From an uncultured Chloroflexia bacterium (GTDB lineage Bacteria > Chloroflexota > Anaerolineae > JAAYZQ01), in the NCBI GenBank assembly GCA_963700285.1, contig CAVOXA010000014.1, positions 416,001-480,000 on the forward strand: a stretch of 64,000 nt of DNA. Direction: 5' to 3'. This document shows positions 41,744-52,212 of this stretch, piece by piece (the first letter of the stretch is position 1; every line of letters starts with the position of its first letter). The position numbers and the translations under genes are program-made. A model generated the notes under the pieces. The model was not told where the DNA came from. It was given only the letters and a program-made list of their open reading frames with translations, and did not search any database.

Positions 41744-42944
41744 CTAGTCAAAGCTCACGCACGTGATCTTGCATTCCTGGCGATCGGTCGCGCAGCATTT
41801 CGACGTTAGCCGGCACCTCATCCAGGCTGACCCGCTTGGTGACGATGGGCGTCATGTCCATGCCATCGGCCATGCACTCGATGACCCTGGGGAAGGTACC
41901 ATGCCCAGAGTGTCCCTGGGAGCCCACGATACCGGCCCTTCGGACCTGCAGCACCTCGCCGGTCACCGGCATCTTGGCGTCTGCGCGCGCCAGCACAACG
42001 ATGGTGGCGTTGAGCGTTCGGCCCAGCCAGATCGTCTCTTCGATCTGTGGATAGACGATGGTGGGCAGGCCGGTGGCTTCGAGATAGAGGTTCGCGCCCA
42101 TGCCCGAGGTGAGTTCCAGAACCCTCTCGACAAAGTTCTCCTTGATGGGATTGATGGCATAGTCGGCGCCCATCTGCAGGCCGAGCTGGGCCCTGGCCTC
42201 TTCGGGTTCTGAGATGATGACAACCGAAGCGCCCTGCCTCTTCATGATGGCGCAGGCAGCCATGCCAACGGGTCCACCGCCGCAGATGACGACCTTGTCG
42301 CCAGGCCGAATGCCTCCCGCCCGCTCGATGACGGCTGTGTAGGCCACACTGGTCGGCTCGACGAGGCTGCCGGCCACAAAGAGGTCTTCCTCGCTGTATC
42401 GATCCGCCAGGGGCTCCAGGCTCCACAGGGTCCGGGCCGGGAGCACGAGGTACTTGGCAAAGCCACCCTCGGTATTGATGCCGATCTCGTCCAGCCGCTC
42501 GCAGTGATTGGGATAGCCGTCGGCGCAGGGCTTGCACTCGCCACACCAGATCATCTCCTCGGTGCAGACCCGCTCGCCACCTTTGAAGGGCTGGTTGGTC
42601 GCCTTGTCACGGGCCTCGCTGCCGGCCTCCACGACCACACCCGACACCTCGTGGCCCAGGATGGCGGGAAAGCCGGTGAGTCCCGGATACCACATGTAGC
42701 CCTCGTCGTCCCTCTGGGCCATGTGTACGTCGCTGCCGCAGATGCCGCAGGCCTTTACCTCGAGCAACACCTCCCTCGGTCCAGGCGTGGGGATGTCGTA
42801 CTCGACAATCTCTACCTTGGGATTCCTCCATACCCGGCTGCCCAGGTAGGTCTGCTTGCCCTCGACGTCCTTGGGGCCCAACACAAAGCCTGGCCTGGGA
42901 TCCCAGTCCGCAAAAAGCGTAACACCTCTCATCTTGCCTTCCAT
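41744..42944 (-). CDS. iolM: scyllo-inosose 3-dehydrogenase (C-terminal frameshift)
   Basis: N-terminus ADWDPRPGFVLGPKDVEGKQTYLGSRVWRNP matches the Thermotoga IolM type. Also YPGLTGFP, GHE and GSQGHSGHGTFPRVI. Confidence 0.85.
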
Positions 42945-43071
42945 TTTCTCACATCTCCTTTAACTCACGTTTTGGGGGTTTTGTCCCCAGTATATTGTTG
43001 AAGGAACAGGTACCGTTCCGACATACCAAAAACCGTACGAGCCTGGATCTCCATGCGACTGGATGCTGCAC

Positions 43072-43888
43072 TCAGTTGCCCAACAACCCGCTGGCCCGCT
43101 GCTTGAGTTCCCGGGCGAGCAGAAACGGATCCCACTCCCAGTGGTAGGCGCCCAGCATCTCCACGCACCACAGGCCATCGTAACCTGTGGCGCGTATCGC
43201 CTCGATGCCTTCCTGCAGGGGCAGGATGCCATCGCCAGGCAGGACATCGCGGTCGGCGTCGCTCCACTCTATCTCCCTGCCTGGGCGTCACGTCGCTGAT
43301 GTGGGCTACCACGATCACTACCGGGATCGAGCGCCGCGACCTCTTCCCAGGGTGTGCCGCCTGTCCACAGGTGAAAGGTATCGAGACAAAGCCCCACATT
43401 GTTGCGACCAGCCACGTCCAGGACCTCCAGCGCCTGCTGCAACGTGCGCAGTGGCGTGAAGGATACCGGCTCCAGGGCCAGCGTCACCCCAAAGGGAGCG
43501 GCGATGTCGGCCAGCTCTGCCAGCGATCGCCCGACCTTGGTCCGGATCTCGGGCCAGGGTTCACCCTCAAGCCCATTGAGGGCCACGACCTGCAAGCGAC
43601 GGGCAGCCCAAGGTCTGGGCCACCTGGCACAGCCGCTCGCACTGCTCGCGGAGCGACTGGCGAACGCATCGGATCCTGGCGCTCGATGTGGAGAAACGAG
43701 TTGATCACCGCCAACCGGAGAGATCCCAACTCAGGCAGAAGCTGCTCCGCACGATAGCCTGCCTCAAGGTAGCGCACCAGCTTTGGGATGTAGAACTCGA
43801 TGGCATCGTAGCCCGTTTCTTGAGCCACGCGGATGTCTGTCATCAAGTTCGTATGCATGATGCTGCCTGTGTGCAGCCCCAACACCAT
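43072..43888 (-). CDS. Sugar phosphate isomerase/epimerase (IolI-like TIM barrel), frameshifted
   Basis: TGYDAIEF, LALEPV, LCLDTFH, AHISD, RDVLPGDG and WCVEM across three frames. Confidence 0.8.
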
Positions 43889-44058
43889 GGTCGCCTCCAG
43901 GCCCTCAGGCAGGGCTCTTTTTCCCCGTTTCACTCTGTACCATCAGGTGCCTATCGCTGTCGTCTCTCGAACCCATGTGCGTAGGGTTGTCCTGCCACTA
44001 TGCCGCCAGCGCCTATGGATTGTTGCAGAACAAGAGTGCGGTCGACTGCCACACGGTC

Positions 44059-44329
44059 TCAGAACTTGCCGCTATTTGCCCATTCTTCTTTTGGTGGTAC
44101 AGGCTCAGCATTGTCCCAATGCTCGACAACCTTGCCATACTCAATACGAAAAAGATCGACCTGGGCGAAGGGTTGACCCTCCCACGAAGCCCGGTACAAA
44201 GTTGCCCTGACCCACGAGAAGGACCAGTTCCTGATAGACCAATGGCCTGTGGTTGGCCAGTGCCAGTGGCTTGAAATACTCAAGGCCATCAGGCACTTGT
44301 GCGTTGTGCTGGATGTACAATTCGCTGGA
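44059..44329 (-). pseudogene. 5'-truncated relic of an NTF2/SnoaL-like protein
   Basis: YIQHNAQVPDGLEYF...LVGQGNFV, then a frameshift to VDLFRIEYGKVVEHWD...NSGKF. No start codon; begins at the stop of the upstream gene. Confidence 0.7.
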
Positions 44330-45357
44330 TCAGGGCAGGACCAGAATCTTGGCGCACTGCGCGCCGCTCTTGCCCAGTTCAAAGGCATCCAGAATCTCTG
44401 ACAGCGGGAACTGGTGGGTGACGACCGGCATCAGATCCACAAGCTGGCGTGACATGAAGGTCAGGGTCTTGGGAAAGAAGTAGGGGCTGCCGCTGGAACC
44501 GACGATGGTCGTCCGCTCAAAGATGGCCTTGCCGATCTCGATGGGGATCTTGCGTCCGGCACTCTGCCCGATCAGGACAATGCGTCCCTGCTTGCCGATG
44601 ACATCCAAGGTCGCGGCCAGCGCCCCGTTGCTGCCGGAGCACTCTAGAACCATCGTCGCACCGCGCCCGCCGGTATGATCCATCACCTCCTCCACCACAT
44701 CCTCAGCAGCAGGATCGATGACGACGTCGGCCCCCAGGTCCCGGGCCATCTGTTGGCGGAATGCCTGGGGTTCGACGACAATGACCGGAGCACCCGATGC
44801 CCTGCACGACAGCATGGCGAAAAGGCCAATGGGGCCCGCCCCAAAGACGACGACCCTGTCGTGCGGCGCCGCCCCGCCACCGGATCCCCAGACACCGTGG
44901 TAGGCGACCGAGACCGCCTCTACCAGGGCGGCTTCCTCGTAGCTCACATTGTCCGGGATCTTGAACAACCGCTCCTCTCGGGCCAGGGTGTATTCGGCCA
45001 TGCCGCCCGGACACTCCCACGAAAAGCCATAGAGTTCAAAGTCCGGGCACATGTTGGGCTCCATGCCATCCTTGCAGTTGTCACAGATTCGACAGGGGAT
45101 AGGCACCTCGGCGACGACGCGATCGCCGGGCGAAAAGCCCTTGATCGCCTTACCCACCTCGACTACCTCACCGGACCATTCGTGGCCTGGGATGAAGGGA
45201 AAGGTACCCTCGGTTTGGTGCCCTCCCACATGTGCACGTCTGTACCACAGACCCCAGCCGCCTTGACGCGGACGAGTGCTTCATTGTCCGCCGGTTTTGG
45301 ATCCGGCAGCGCTTCCAACCTCAGATCGTGTATGCCATGCAGCACTGCTGCTTTCAC
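44330..45357 (-). CDS. Zinc-binding alcohol/polyol dehydrogenase (one frameshift near 45215)
   Basis: MKAAVLHG, CGTD, GHEWSG, CRICDNC...C and GAGPIG. Confidence 0.88.
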
Positions 45358-45370
45358 AGTATAGTACCTC

Positions 45371-45500
45371 TCAGAGAGCCATTCTGCGGCCCAAGGTTAC
45401 TCCATCAGATATCAAGCCAATCTGTGCACGGATGGTGTCCAGCGTCCGTGTGGTGGACAGGATCTCGTCCTACGGCATGAGGTCACTCTCCAGCTGATCC
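45371..45500 (-). pseudogene. Relic C-terminus of a Gfo/Idh/MocA oxidoreductase
   Basis: Frame reads QLESDLMP*DEILSTTRTLDTIRAQIGL, resembling the LESxxMPLDExLxIMxTLDxIRAQxGL tail of this family. In-frame TAG at 45470-45472. Confidence 0.5.
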
Positions 45501-45935
45501 TCGAATGACGAGTGTAGCACAGGCACATCCACTCAGCACCTTCTGGGTCACACTGCCATGCACCCAGCGTTCGACTCCCGTGCGACCGTGGCTCGAAACC
45601 ACGACCAGGTCAGCCCCGCCGTCAGCAGCATAGTCCAGGATCTGGCGCGCGACACCATCCTCCGCAGAGCGATGTTCGATGGTGATTCTGTCATAGTCAA
45701 GCTGGGCCTGCAGGCCGCTCAGATACTCCTCAGCCTCCCGATAGGTGGCTGCCACCACATCGTTGTACACGTCGGGCATCTCGGCCAGGGCGCGAGTACG
45801 TGGGATCGGCTGCGCAACGCGAAAGAGCACAACTTCAGCCTCCATGGCCCTGGCAATGGCGAGAGCCGGCTCCAGGGCCGCTTCCGCAAACTCTGAGCCA
45901 TCTAGCGGTACCAGAAGCTTCTTGAACCGAAACAT
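45483..45935 (-). CDS. Universal stress protein
   Basis: LLVPLDGSEFAEAAL and DLVVVSSHGRTGVERWVHGSVTQKVL. Confidence 0.9.
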   Translation of the reverse strand: MFRFKKLLVPLDGSEFAEAALEPALAIARAMEAEVVLFRVAQPIPRTRALAEMPDVYNDVVAATYREAEEYLSGLQAQLDYDRITIEHRSAEDGVARQILDYAADGGADLVVVSSHGRTGVERWVHGSVTQKVLSGCACATLVIRGSAGE

Positions 45936-46124
45936 ATTGCCTCTCCTCCGTGCTGTAGTAACCTGCATTCGGAACCCAGCCGCGAGCAAGCGCCACGATC
46001 TATACCGTAGCAGCCTACTCCACCCAGACTCTGGGGAAGCGGCGAACAGGACGACAGGATGAATGTCAGGGCGCACCGAACAACGGCGGTTCTCCGTTGC
46101 TCGGCGCACACTTTTGTGGCAGAG

Positions 46125-47250
46125 TTACAGGTCCGAACCCTGGCCGATTCGCGGCAGCGCATAGACCGGCTTCCAGCCCTCGCTGAGCGGCTCGCGCAGA
46201 TAGGGCTCCATCTCGGCCTCAGTCCGAAGGGTAACCTCTTCCACAGGAGGAACAGCGCCAGCCGGGAATGCCTCCAGAATCTGGTCGTTGACCAGGGTCA
46301 GGTAGCGCAGAATGGCCGCCACAGGCCGCTTGGCCTTTTCTGCCGACGCCTTGGTGGCCTTGCCAACGACGCCCTCAGGGGTGGCTGCCAACTCGATGGC
46401 AAAGTGCCCCTCGCCCTCAGACCAGCGGCTGGGCCGGCTGAAGGGATCCACCGACTTGTCAAAGTGACCATCGGGCAGATAGGTAATGCCCTCAGTGTCC
46501 ACGGCGTACCGCATGTCCACCATCTCTGGGTGGAGCAGCAAGCCCAGCGAGGTCTCGGACTCGTCGGCGTGGACAAAGTTGGTGTCCCACTTGCCGCCCT
46601 TGTCCTTGGCGCGGAAGAACTCGCGGACCGCCCGGTGCCAGTCGAGTACGCGAAAGATGCCCGGCAGTTGGTAGCGCTTCTGGAACTGCTGGATGGCTGA
46701 TTCCAGCATCCACAGGTGGCCGTGGTTGTTGATATAGATCTGCTTGCGGAAGCCATCGTTCCACAGGCCCAGCATGACGTCGATGAGGAACTCGCGGGCC
46801 ACGTTCTCGCGGATGGGGATGGTGCCCGGCATGCCCATGTGGTGGTAGGGATGCGAGCCGTACATCGAGCGGCGGCAGAGCCAGGTTGCAGGCTGCCCCC
46901 CTCTTGGCCGTGTAGCGGCGCACGCCTTCCAGGATCTGACTGACGTAGAGTGTATCCGAGGCGCTGGGCAGGTGTGCACCATGCAGCTCGCTGCAGCCGA
47001 TGGGCACAAAGACGATGTCGTTCTTGCGCCGGTTCTCCTCAACCTGCTTGCGTACCGTCGTCTGGATGTAGGATCCCGGCTTGCCCCATTCTACCGGCGA
47101 GGGCACGCCGTACTCGGCCAGAATTGCATCTATCTCGGCGTCGGTGGCATCCCAGACCTCTTTCTTGAGGCGGCCAACCGTATTGTCCTCAAAGAATAGA
47201 TCCGGTTCATTCGTAGCAAGCAATCCTTCAGGTACTTTCTTTTCCGACAT
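46125..47250 (-). CDS. iolN: 3-dehydro-scyllo-inosose hydrolase (creatininase family), one frameshift near 46865
   Basis: PIGCSELHGAH, YGSHPYHHMGMPGT, INNHG, HADESETS and TPEGVVG. In the same operon as iolM and iolG. Confidence 0.8.
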
Positions 47251-47390
47251 TATGACTACTCCTAACGTTTTGTATTTTGATCAAGCTGGCCCTTACGATC
47301 TGGGCAAACTGAAATCACGAGTGAATCTGACCGAGAACTGGTATCCAGCGACTGGATATCATTCTTGGGCATGCGCCACCAAGCTTGAGA

Positions 47391-48395
47391 CTAGACCTGC
47401 ACGGGCCGGCCTTCGTGCATTGACCGCGTCGCCGCAATTCCTACCGCAACGACCGCCCGGCTATCGCGCCCACCGACCGGTGGCTCCTTGCTCTGGGTGA
47501 GGCAATCCACAAAAGCCTGCAACTCGGTCACAAAGGCTTCACCCAGACGATCTGGTGTTGTGCGCGGCATGTCATGGTGAACGCCCCGGCGGTCCAGCAA
47601 GCGCACCGGCGTCTGCCGAAAGCGCCCGATCTGCACCGCGCCCTCGTCACCGATCACCTCCACGCGCAGATCGTGACCGTAGCGGGTTGTGCGACTGACA
47701 AACAACGAGCCCATGGGCCCACCGGCAAAGCGCAGGCTCACCACCGCATTGTCCACGTCGCCCACGGAGCGCACCCCTTCGTCGACCAGAGCGCCCCCCT
47801 CAGCGTAGGCCCGGGTCACCTCGTCGTCCAGCAGCCAACGGGACAGGTAGATATCGTGGTACATGGCATCCAGGATCAGGCCGCCGCTCACGGCAGGATC
47901 GGCGAAACTGGCAGGCGGTGGGTCCGTGTCACCGCTTATGGACCGGAAGACCAGTGGCTGACCAATGGCACCCGCCTCGATTGTACGCTTGGCCTCGATG
48001 TGGCCGGAATCAAACTGACGCACGTGACCCATCATCAGCTTGACGCCCGCTTGCTGCACCGCCGCGATGGCCCGGTCGCAATCCGCCAGTGTCAGCGCCA
48101 GCGGCTTTTCACAAAAGATGTGCAAGCCTGCCGCAGCACACTGCTCGACGTTACCGGCATGGGCCGATGTACTACTGGAAATGCAGATGGCGTCCAGCTG
48201 CTCAGCCCCCAACAAGGCATCCAGGCCGGGGTATACGGCAACATCACCACAACAGCGCCGTACGTCGCCGGCCCGCTCAGCGCTGGATGTGGTTACGGCA
48301 ACCAATCTTGCGCCCCGAACCCTCCGGGCCAGGTTTTCAGCGTGGGTTACGCCCATCCTGCCCACGCCGACTACTGCCAAGCGCAGGTCATCCAC
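47391..48395 (-). CDS. Gfo/Idh/MocA oxidoreductase (inositol dehydrogenase-like)
   Basis: GVGRMG, CEKPLA, SGGLILDAMYHD and YGHDLRVE. Confidence 0.88.
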   Translation of the reverse strand: MDDLRLAVVGVGRMGVTHAENLARRVRGARLVAVTTSSAERAGDVRRCCGDVAVYPGLDALLGAEQLDAICISSSTSAHAGNVEQCAAAGLHIFCEKPLALTLADCDRAIAAVQQAGVKLMMGHVRQFDSGHIEAKRTIEAGAIGQPLVFRSISGDTDPPPASFADPAVSGGLILDAMYHDIYLSRWLLDDEVTRAYAEGGALVDEGVRSVGDVDNAVVSLRFAGGPMGSLFVSRTTRYGHDLRVEVIGDEGAVQIGRFRQTPVRLLDRRGVHHDMPRTTPDRLGEAFVTELQAFVDCLTQSKEPPVGGRDSRAVVAVGIAATRSMHEGRPVQV

Positions 48396-49413
48396 GAACG
48401 TCCACCTCACTGAGTCTGACCGGCCTTTTCTCCAGGAACGATTTCTTGGCTGCGTAGCCCATAACAACCGGTGTACGTCCATCGATGCCCGTGACCAGCG
48501 GTGGCGTATCCTCAAGGATACACGCCACAAAGGCATTGAGCTGGGTCACATAGGCTTCAGTGTAGCGCTCGACAAAGAAGAACAATGGCAGGGAACCATG
48601 CACCCCATTGGCGTTGCTGACGACCGCCGAATCCGGCACGTCGTTGGACACGGTCACCACTCCGCCGGAGCCAAAGACCTCGACGCGCTGATCGTAGCCA
48701 TAGACCGCCTGCCGGCTGTTATCGATAGCTCCCAACACCCCGTTGGCATAGTGGAGGGTGATCAGTGTCGTATCGATGTCGCCCGCCTCACCAATCGCCG
48801 GATCCACCATGACGCCACCTGCAGCATAGACCTGTTCCACCTCGCTGTCTATCAGAAAGCGGGCCATATCGAAATCGTGGATGGTCATGTCCATAAAGAT
48901 GCCGCCTGAAACCTTTATGTAGTCGATGGGTGGAGGCGCTGGATCGCGGCTGGTTATGCGCAACATGTGGGGCTCACCGATCTCGCCGGCGGCCACGAGT
49001 TCTCGAACGCGGGCGAAATTGTGATCAAAGCGTCTATTAAAACCCACCTGTAGTTTGACACCAGCTTTTTCCACAGCCGCCAGGGCATGGTCGATCTTGG
49101 CCAGATCGAGGGCAATGGGTTTCTCGCAAAAGATCTGCTTGCCGGCCTCTGCCGCTTCCACGATGATCTGGGCGTGCGTGTCCGTGCTCGAGCAGATGAG
49201 CACCGCATCGATATCCCTGTCATCCAGAATGCGTCGGTGATCCTGGTAAGCGGCCGGCACGCCCAGCTCGGCAGCTACCCCTTGGGCTGCTTCCACGATG
49301 ATATCCGAGACTGCGAGCAGGTTCGCTTGTGGAATGCGAAATACCAGGTTCTGGGCGTGCAAGCGGCCAATTCTGCCTGTGCCAATGACACCTACATTGA
49401 TGGTCTGTTTCAT
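48388..49413 (-). CDS. iolG: myo-inositol 2-dehydrogenase
   Basis: GTGRIG, CSSTDTH, CEKP, GFNRRFD, SRDP, SGGIFMDMTIHDFDMAR and YGYDQRVE. Confidence 0.88.
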   Translation of the reverse strand: MKQTINVGVIGTGRIGRLHAQNLVFRIPQANLLAVSDIIVEAAQGVAAELGVPAAYQDHRRILDDRDIDAVLICSSTDTHAQIIVEAAEAGKQIFCEKPIALDLAKIDHALAAVEKAGVKLQVGFNRRFDHNFARVRELVAAGEIGEPHMLRITSRDPAPPPIDYIKVSGGIFMDMTIHDFDMARFLIDSEVEQVYAAGGVMVDPAIGEAGDIDTTLITLHYANGVLGAIDNSRQAVYGYDQRVEVFGSGGVVTVSNDVPDSAVVSNANGVHGSLPLFFFVERYTEAYVTQLNAFVACILEDTPPLVTGIDGRTPVVMGYAAKKSFLEKRPVRLSEVDVRG

Positions 49414-49423
49414 AGTCCTCCCT

Positions 49424-50248
49424 CTAGCTCCACACGTCCAGGATATAGCTGCGCGACTCACCCAAGTAGGTCTCCAGCCAGATCAGCGAGTTCTCGTCCT
49501 TGATGGCCGTGAACGGATCTGGCCCTGGCGCCGTACACTCAAAAATCACCGGGCCTTTGTACGCTATTTCGTCCAAAGCGTCAAACTGTGATGCAAAGTC
49601 GGTATGCCCCCGACCCAAGCCCTGGCGGTTCGAGTCGGCAGCATGGTACAGGCCCAATCGGTCGCCGACCAGGCGCAGAGCGCCGGCTGGAGACGCCTCC
49701 TCGATGTTCATGTGGTAGGCATCAAGCAGGACAGCTACGTTTCCAGCCCCTACATCGTCCACAAAATCCAGTGTTTCCGCAGCGGCGGTGAGCAGATGCG
49801 CCTCGTAACGATTAAGGACCTCTATCACGATAGATAAGCCCAAAGGCTCAGCCCGGCTGGCTATCTGCCTGACCGCCTCCACGAACACCGCCCGCTCCTC
49901 TTCCTGAGTACTGATGGCCCGCACGCGACCCACGCGGCCATGGCAGGAGATGATGGGGTTGCCTCCCAGCGCAGCAGCAAAATCGACAAGACGCAGGTAG
50001 TAATCGACCGCATCTGTGCGGGTGGTGGGGTCAGGGTGGGCCAGATCCACGTTCTCGGGGGTGAGGGAAAAGACCGCCAAACCATGATCGCTCAGGATCC
50101 GGGCCGCCTCATCGGGCTCATAGAGTCCAGGGTCACCCACAAGTTCGACGCCATCAAAGCCAAGCTTTTGCAGGCGCTGTGCAATATCTTCTAGCGGCAG
50201 GTCACCAAACATCCAAGTACAGGCTCCCAGTTTGTGCACTTGTTCCAC
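49424..50248 (-). CDS. Ketose 3-epimerase family TIM barrel, probable 5-keto-L-gluconate epimerase (IolO-like)
   Basis: EVLNRYE, LDAYHMNIEE and YHAADSNR metal/catalytic motifs. Adjacent to iolG. Confidence 0.72.
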   Translation of the reverse strand: MEQVHKLGACTWMFGDLPLEDIAQRLQKLGFDGVELVGDPGLYEPDEAARILSDHGLAVFSLTPENVDLAHPDPTTRTDAVDYYLRLVDFAAALGGNPIISCHGRVGRVRAISTQEEERAVFVEAVRQIASRAEPLGLSIVIEVLNRYEAHLLTAAAETLDFVDDVGAGNVAVLLDAYHMNIEEASPAGALRLVGDRLGLYHAADSNRQGLGRGHTDFASQFDALDEIAYKGPVIFECTAPGPDPFTAIKDENSLIWLETYLGESRSYILDVWS

Positions 50249-50273
50249 GTTCCTCTCTCGCATGTGTCCTGGC

Positions 50274-51419
50274 CTAATAGGCCCCAAAGTCTTTCCACGC
50301 CTGCCACATGGCCATGATATTCTCTGGCGGCACGTTGGCCTGGATGTCGTGCACGGCGGCAAAGACGAACCCTCCCCCTGGGGCCAGAGCCTCAATGTTA
50401 CGCCGTACGTCCTCGCGGACCTCTTCCGGTCTGCCGGTCCCCAGGATACCCTGGGTGTCCACGCCGCCCCCCCAGAAGACCAGGTCTTGGCCGAACTCTT
50501 TCTTCAGAGCACGCAGATCCATGCCAGCAGCGCCAAGCTGCACCGGATTCAGGATGTCGATGCCGGCGTCAATGAAATCGGGAATGAGGGGCCGCACTGC
50601 GCCGCAGGAATGCAGGAATACTTTTACCGGCGCCTGATCCTTGATGAATGTGAAGAGCCGTTGATGGCGAGGCTTGATCAGCTTGCGGTAGGTATCTGGC
50701 GAAAGGAGAAGCGCATGCTGACCAGCCAGGTCGTCGGCTTCGATGACAACGTCGACCCGATCACCGACCTCATCCAGGGCCCGCTCCCAATAGGCGCACT
50801 TGAAATCCACCATGCGGTCAAGCATGTGCGCTGCCCAGGACTGGTTGAGGACAAGGTCCATGTAGAATTCCTCATAGCCCCTTAGCCACGAATAGACCTC
50901 TACGATCCCAGGGCAAGGCCCGGCCAGGACAACGGCCTTCCCCTGGGCGACGGCAGCCTCGACCTGCTCGCAAAGCCCGGCCAAACGTTGCTCATCGATG
51001 GGATCAGGGAAGGGATAGCGGGCGAACGCATCCAGTGCATCTGCGCCAGCCAACGGGTGGCGGTACATGTCATAGTAGTAGCCACCATCCTTGGGCTTGT
51101 GCCAACCTATGCCCCACTCGTCGGTATAAGCTTCGTAGGCGCCCTGGTCACGGAAGGCATACTGGAAATCGGCCGGCAAACCAGGCATCACCAACCGGAA
51201 ATCGGTATCGAGCCGCGCGGCGAGATCCTCATCGATGACCGCAAGTTGCTCGGCCATGGCCATGAGCCTGGTCTCCACAGGGGGCATGCCCGTGTAGTGG
51301 CGCAGATTGCGGTAGGCGTCGACATGCATCGTAGTCAAGCCCGTGCCCCCGAGATCAAAAGGGACTCGATCCGGCTCGTGAAAACTGAGAGCTAGACGGG
51401 CTCGCTCGTGCGACTTCAT
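50274..51419 (-). CDS. Uroporphyrinogen decarboxylase / MtaA-like methyltransferase family protein
   Basis: HEPDRVPFDLG, DEWG, ADDLAGQ, HSCG, LNPVQ, FWGGGVDTQ and HDIQANVPPEN. Confidence 0.88.
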   Translation of the reverse strand: MKSHERARLALSFHEPDRVPFDLGGTGLTTMHVDAYRNLRHYTGMPPVETRLMAMAEQLAVIDEDLAARLDTDFRLVMPGLPADFQYAFRDQGAYEAYTDEWGIGWHKPKDGGYYYDMYRHPLAGADALDAFARYPFPDPIDEQRLAGLCEQVEAAVAQGKAVVLAGPCPGIVEVYSWLRGYEEFYMDLVLNQSWAAHMLDRMVDFKCAYWERALDEVGDRVDVVIEADDLAGQHALLLSPDTYRKLIKPRHQRLFTFIKDQAPVKVFLHSCGAVRPLIPDFIDAGIDILNPVQLGAAGMDLRALKKEFGQDLVFWGGGVDTQGILGTGRPEEVREDVRRNIEALAPGGGFVFAAVHDIQANVPPENIMAMWQAWKDFGAY

Positions 51420-51427
51420 GAGACGCC

Positions 51428-52191
51428 CTACTTTTCCCGCTCGCCGGTGATCAGGTCAGCGATGTCCTGCTCGTCCACTTCATCACGGGTGTAGTTGCCA
51501 ACCAGATGACCATGCCGGATGATGGTGAAACGATCGGCCACCTGATAGACGTGGCCAACGTTGTGGGTGATAAAGATGACCGATAAGCCCTCGCTCCTTG
51601 GCATTGTGCGTGTAGGTCAGCACCTTGTGCGTCTCGCCCACCGAGAGCGCCGAAGTCGGCTCGTCGAGGATCAGTAGCCTGGCGCCAAAGTGCCTGGCGC
51701 GGCCGATGGCAATGGACTGGCGTTCACCTCCAGATAGCTTGCCTACCTTCTCATTGGGCGAGCGGATATGGATCCCAATGTCCTTCAGCGCTTCGCGCGC
51801 TTGCTCGTCCATCTCCTGCACATCCAGCAACTTGAGCGGGCCGAATCTGCTGCATCAGTTCGCGGCCCAGGAAAAAGTTGCGCGTGATGCTCATCAGCGG
51901 TACCAGGGCCAGATCCTGGTAGCAGGTCTCAATGCCCAACGCCCGGGCTTCACGCGGTGAGGGGATGTTCACTAGATTTCCATCCAAGTAGATCTGCCCG
52001 CTGGTGGGGGTATGGACCCCAGTCAGCACCTTGATGAGCGTGGATTTGCCTGCTCCGTTGTCGCCCAGCAGACCCACCACCTCACGCTGATTGACGGTGA
52101 AATCCACACCGTCCAACGCAGTGATCGTGCCAAAGCGCTTGACGATGTTTTCCATATAGACGACGGGAGTATCATGTCCATTGTCACTCAT
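51428..52191 (-). CDS. Sugar ABC transporter ATP-binding protein (single domain), frameshifted
   Basis: GDNGAGKST, YQDLAL, LSGGERQSIAIGRA and LDEPTSAL. Confidence 0.88.
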
Positions 52192-52212
52192 GCCAAGATT
52201 CCTCCTCCCTGC

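Noticed and set aside
45470-45472. In-frame TAG as possible read-through
   Set aside because: It lies in a short truncated relic that lacks the 5' part of the gene, so simple decay explains it.
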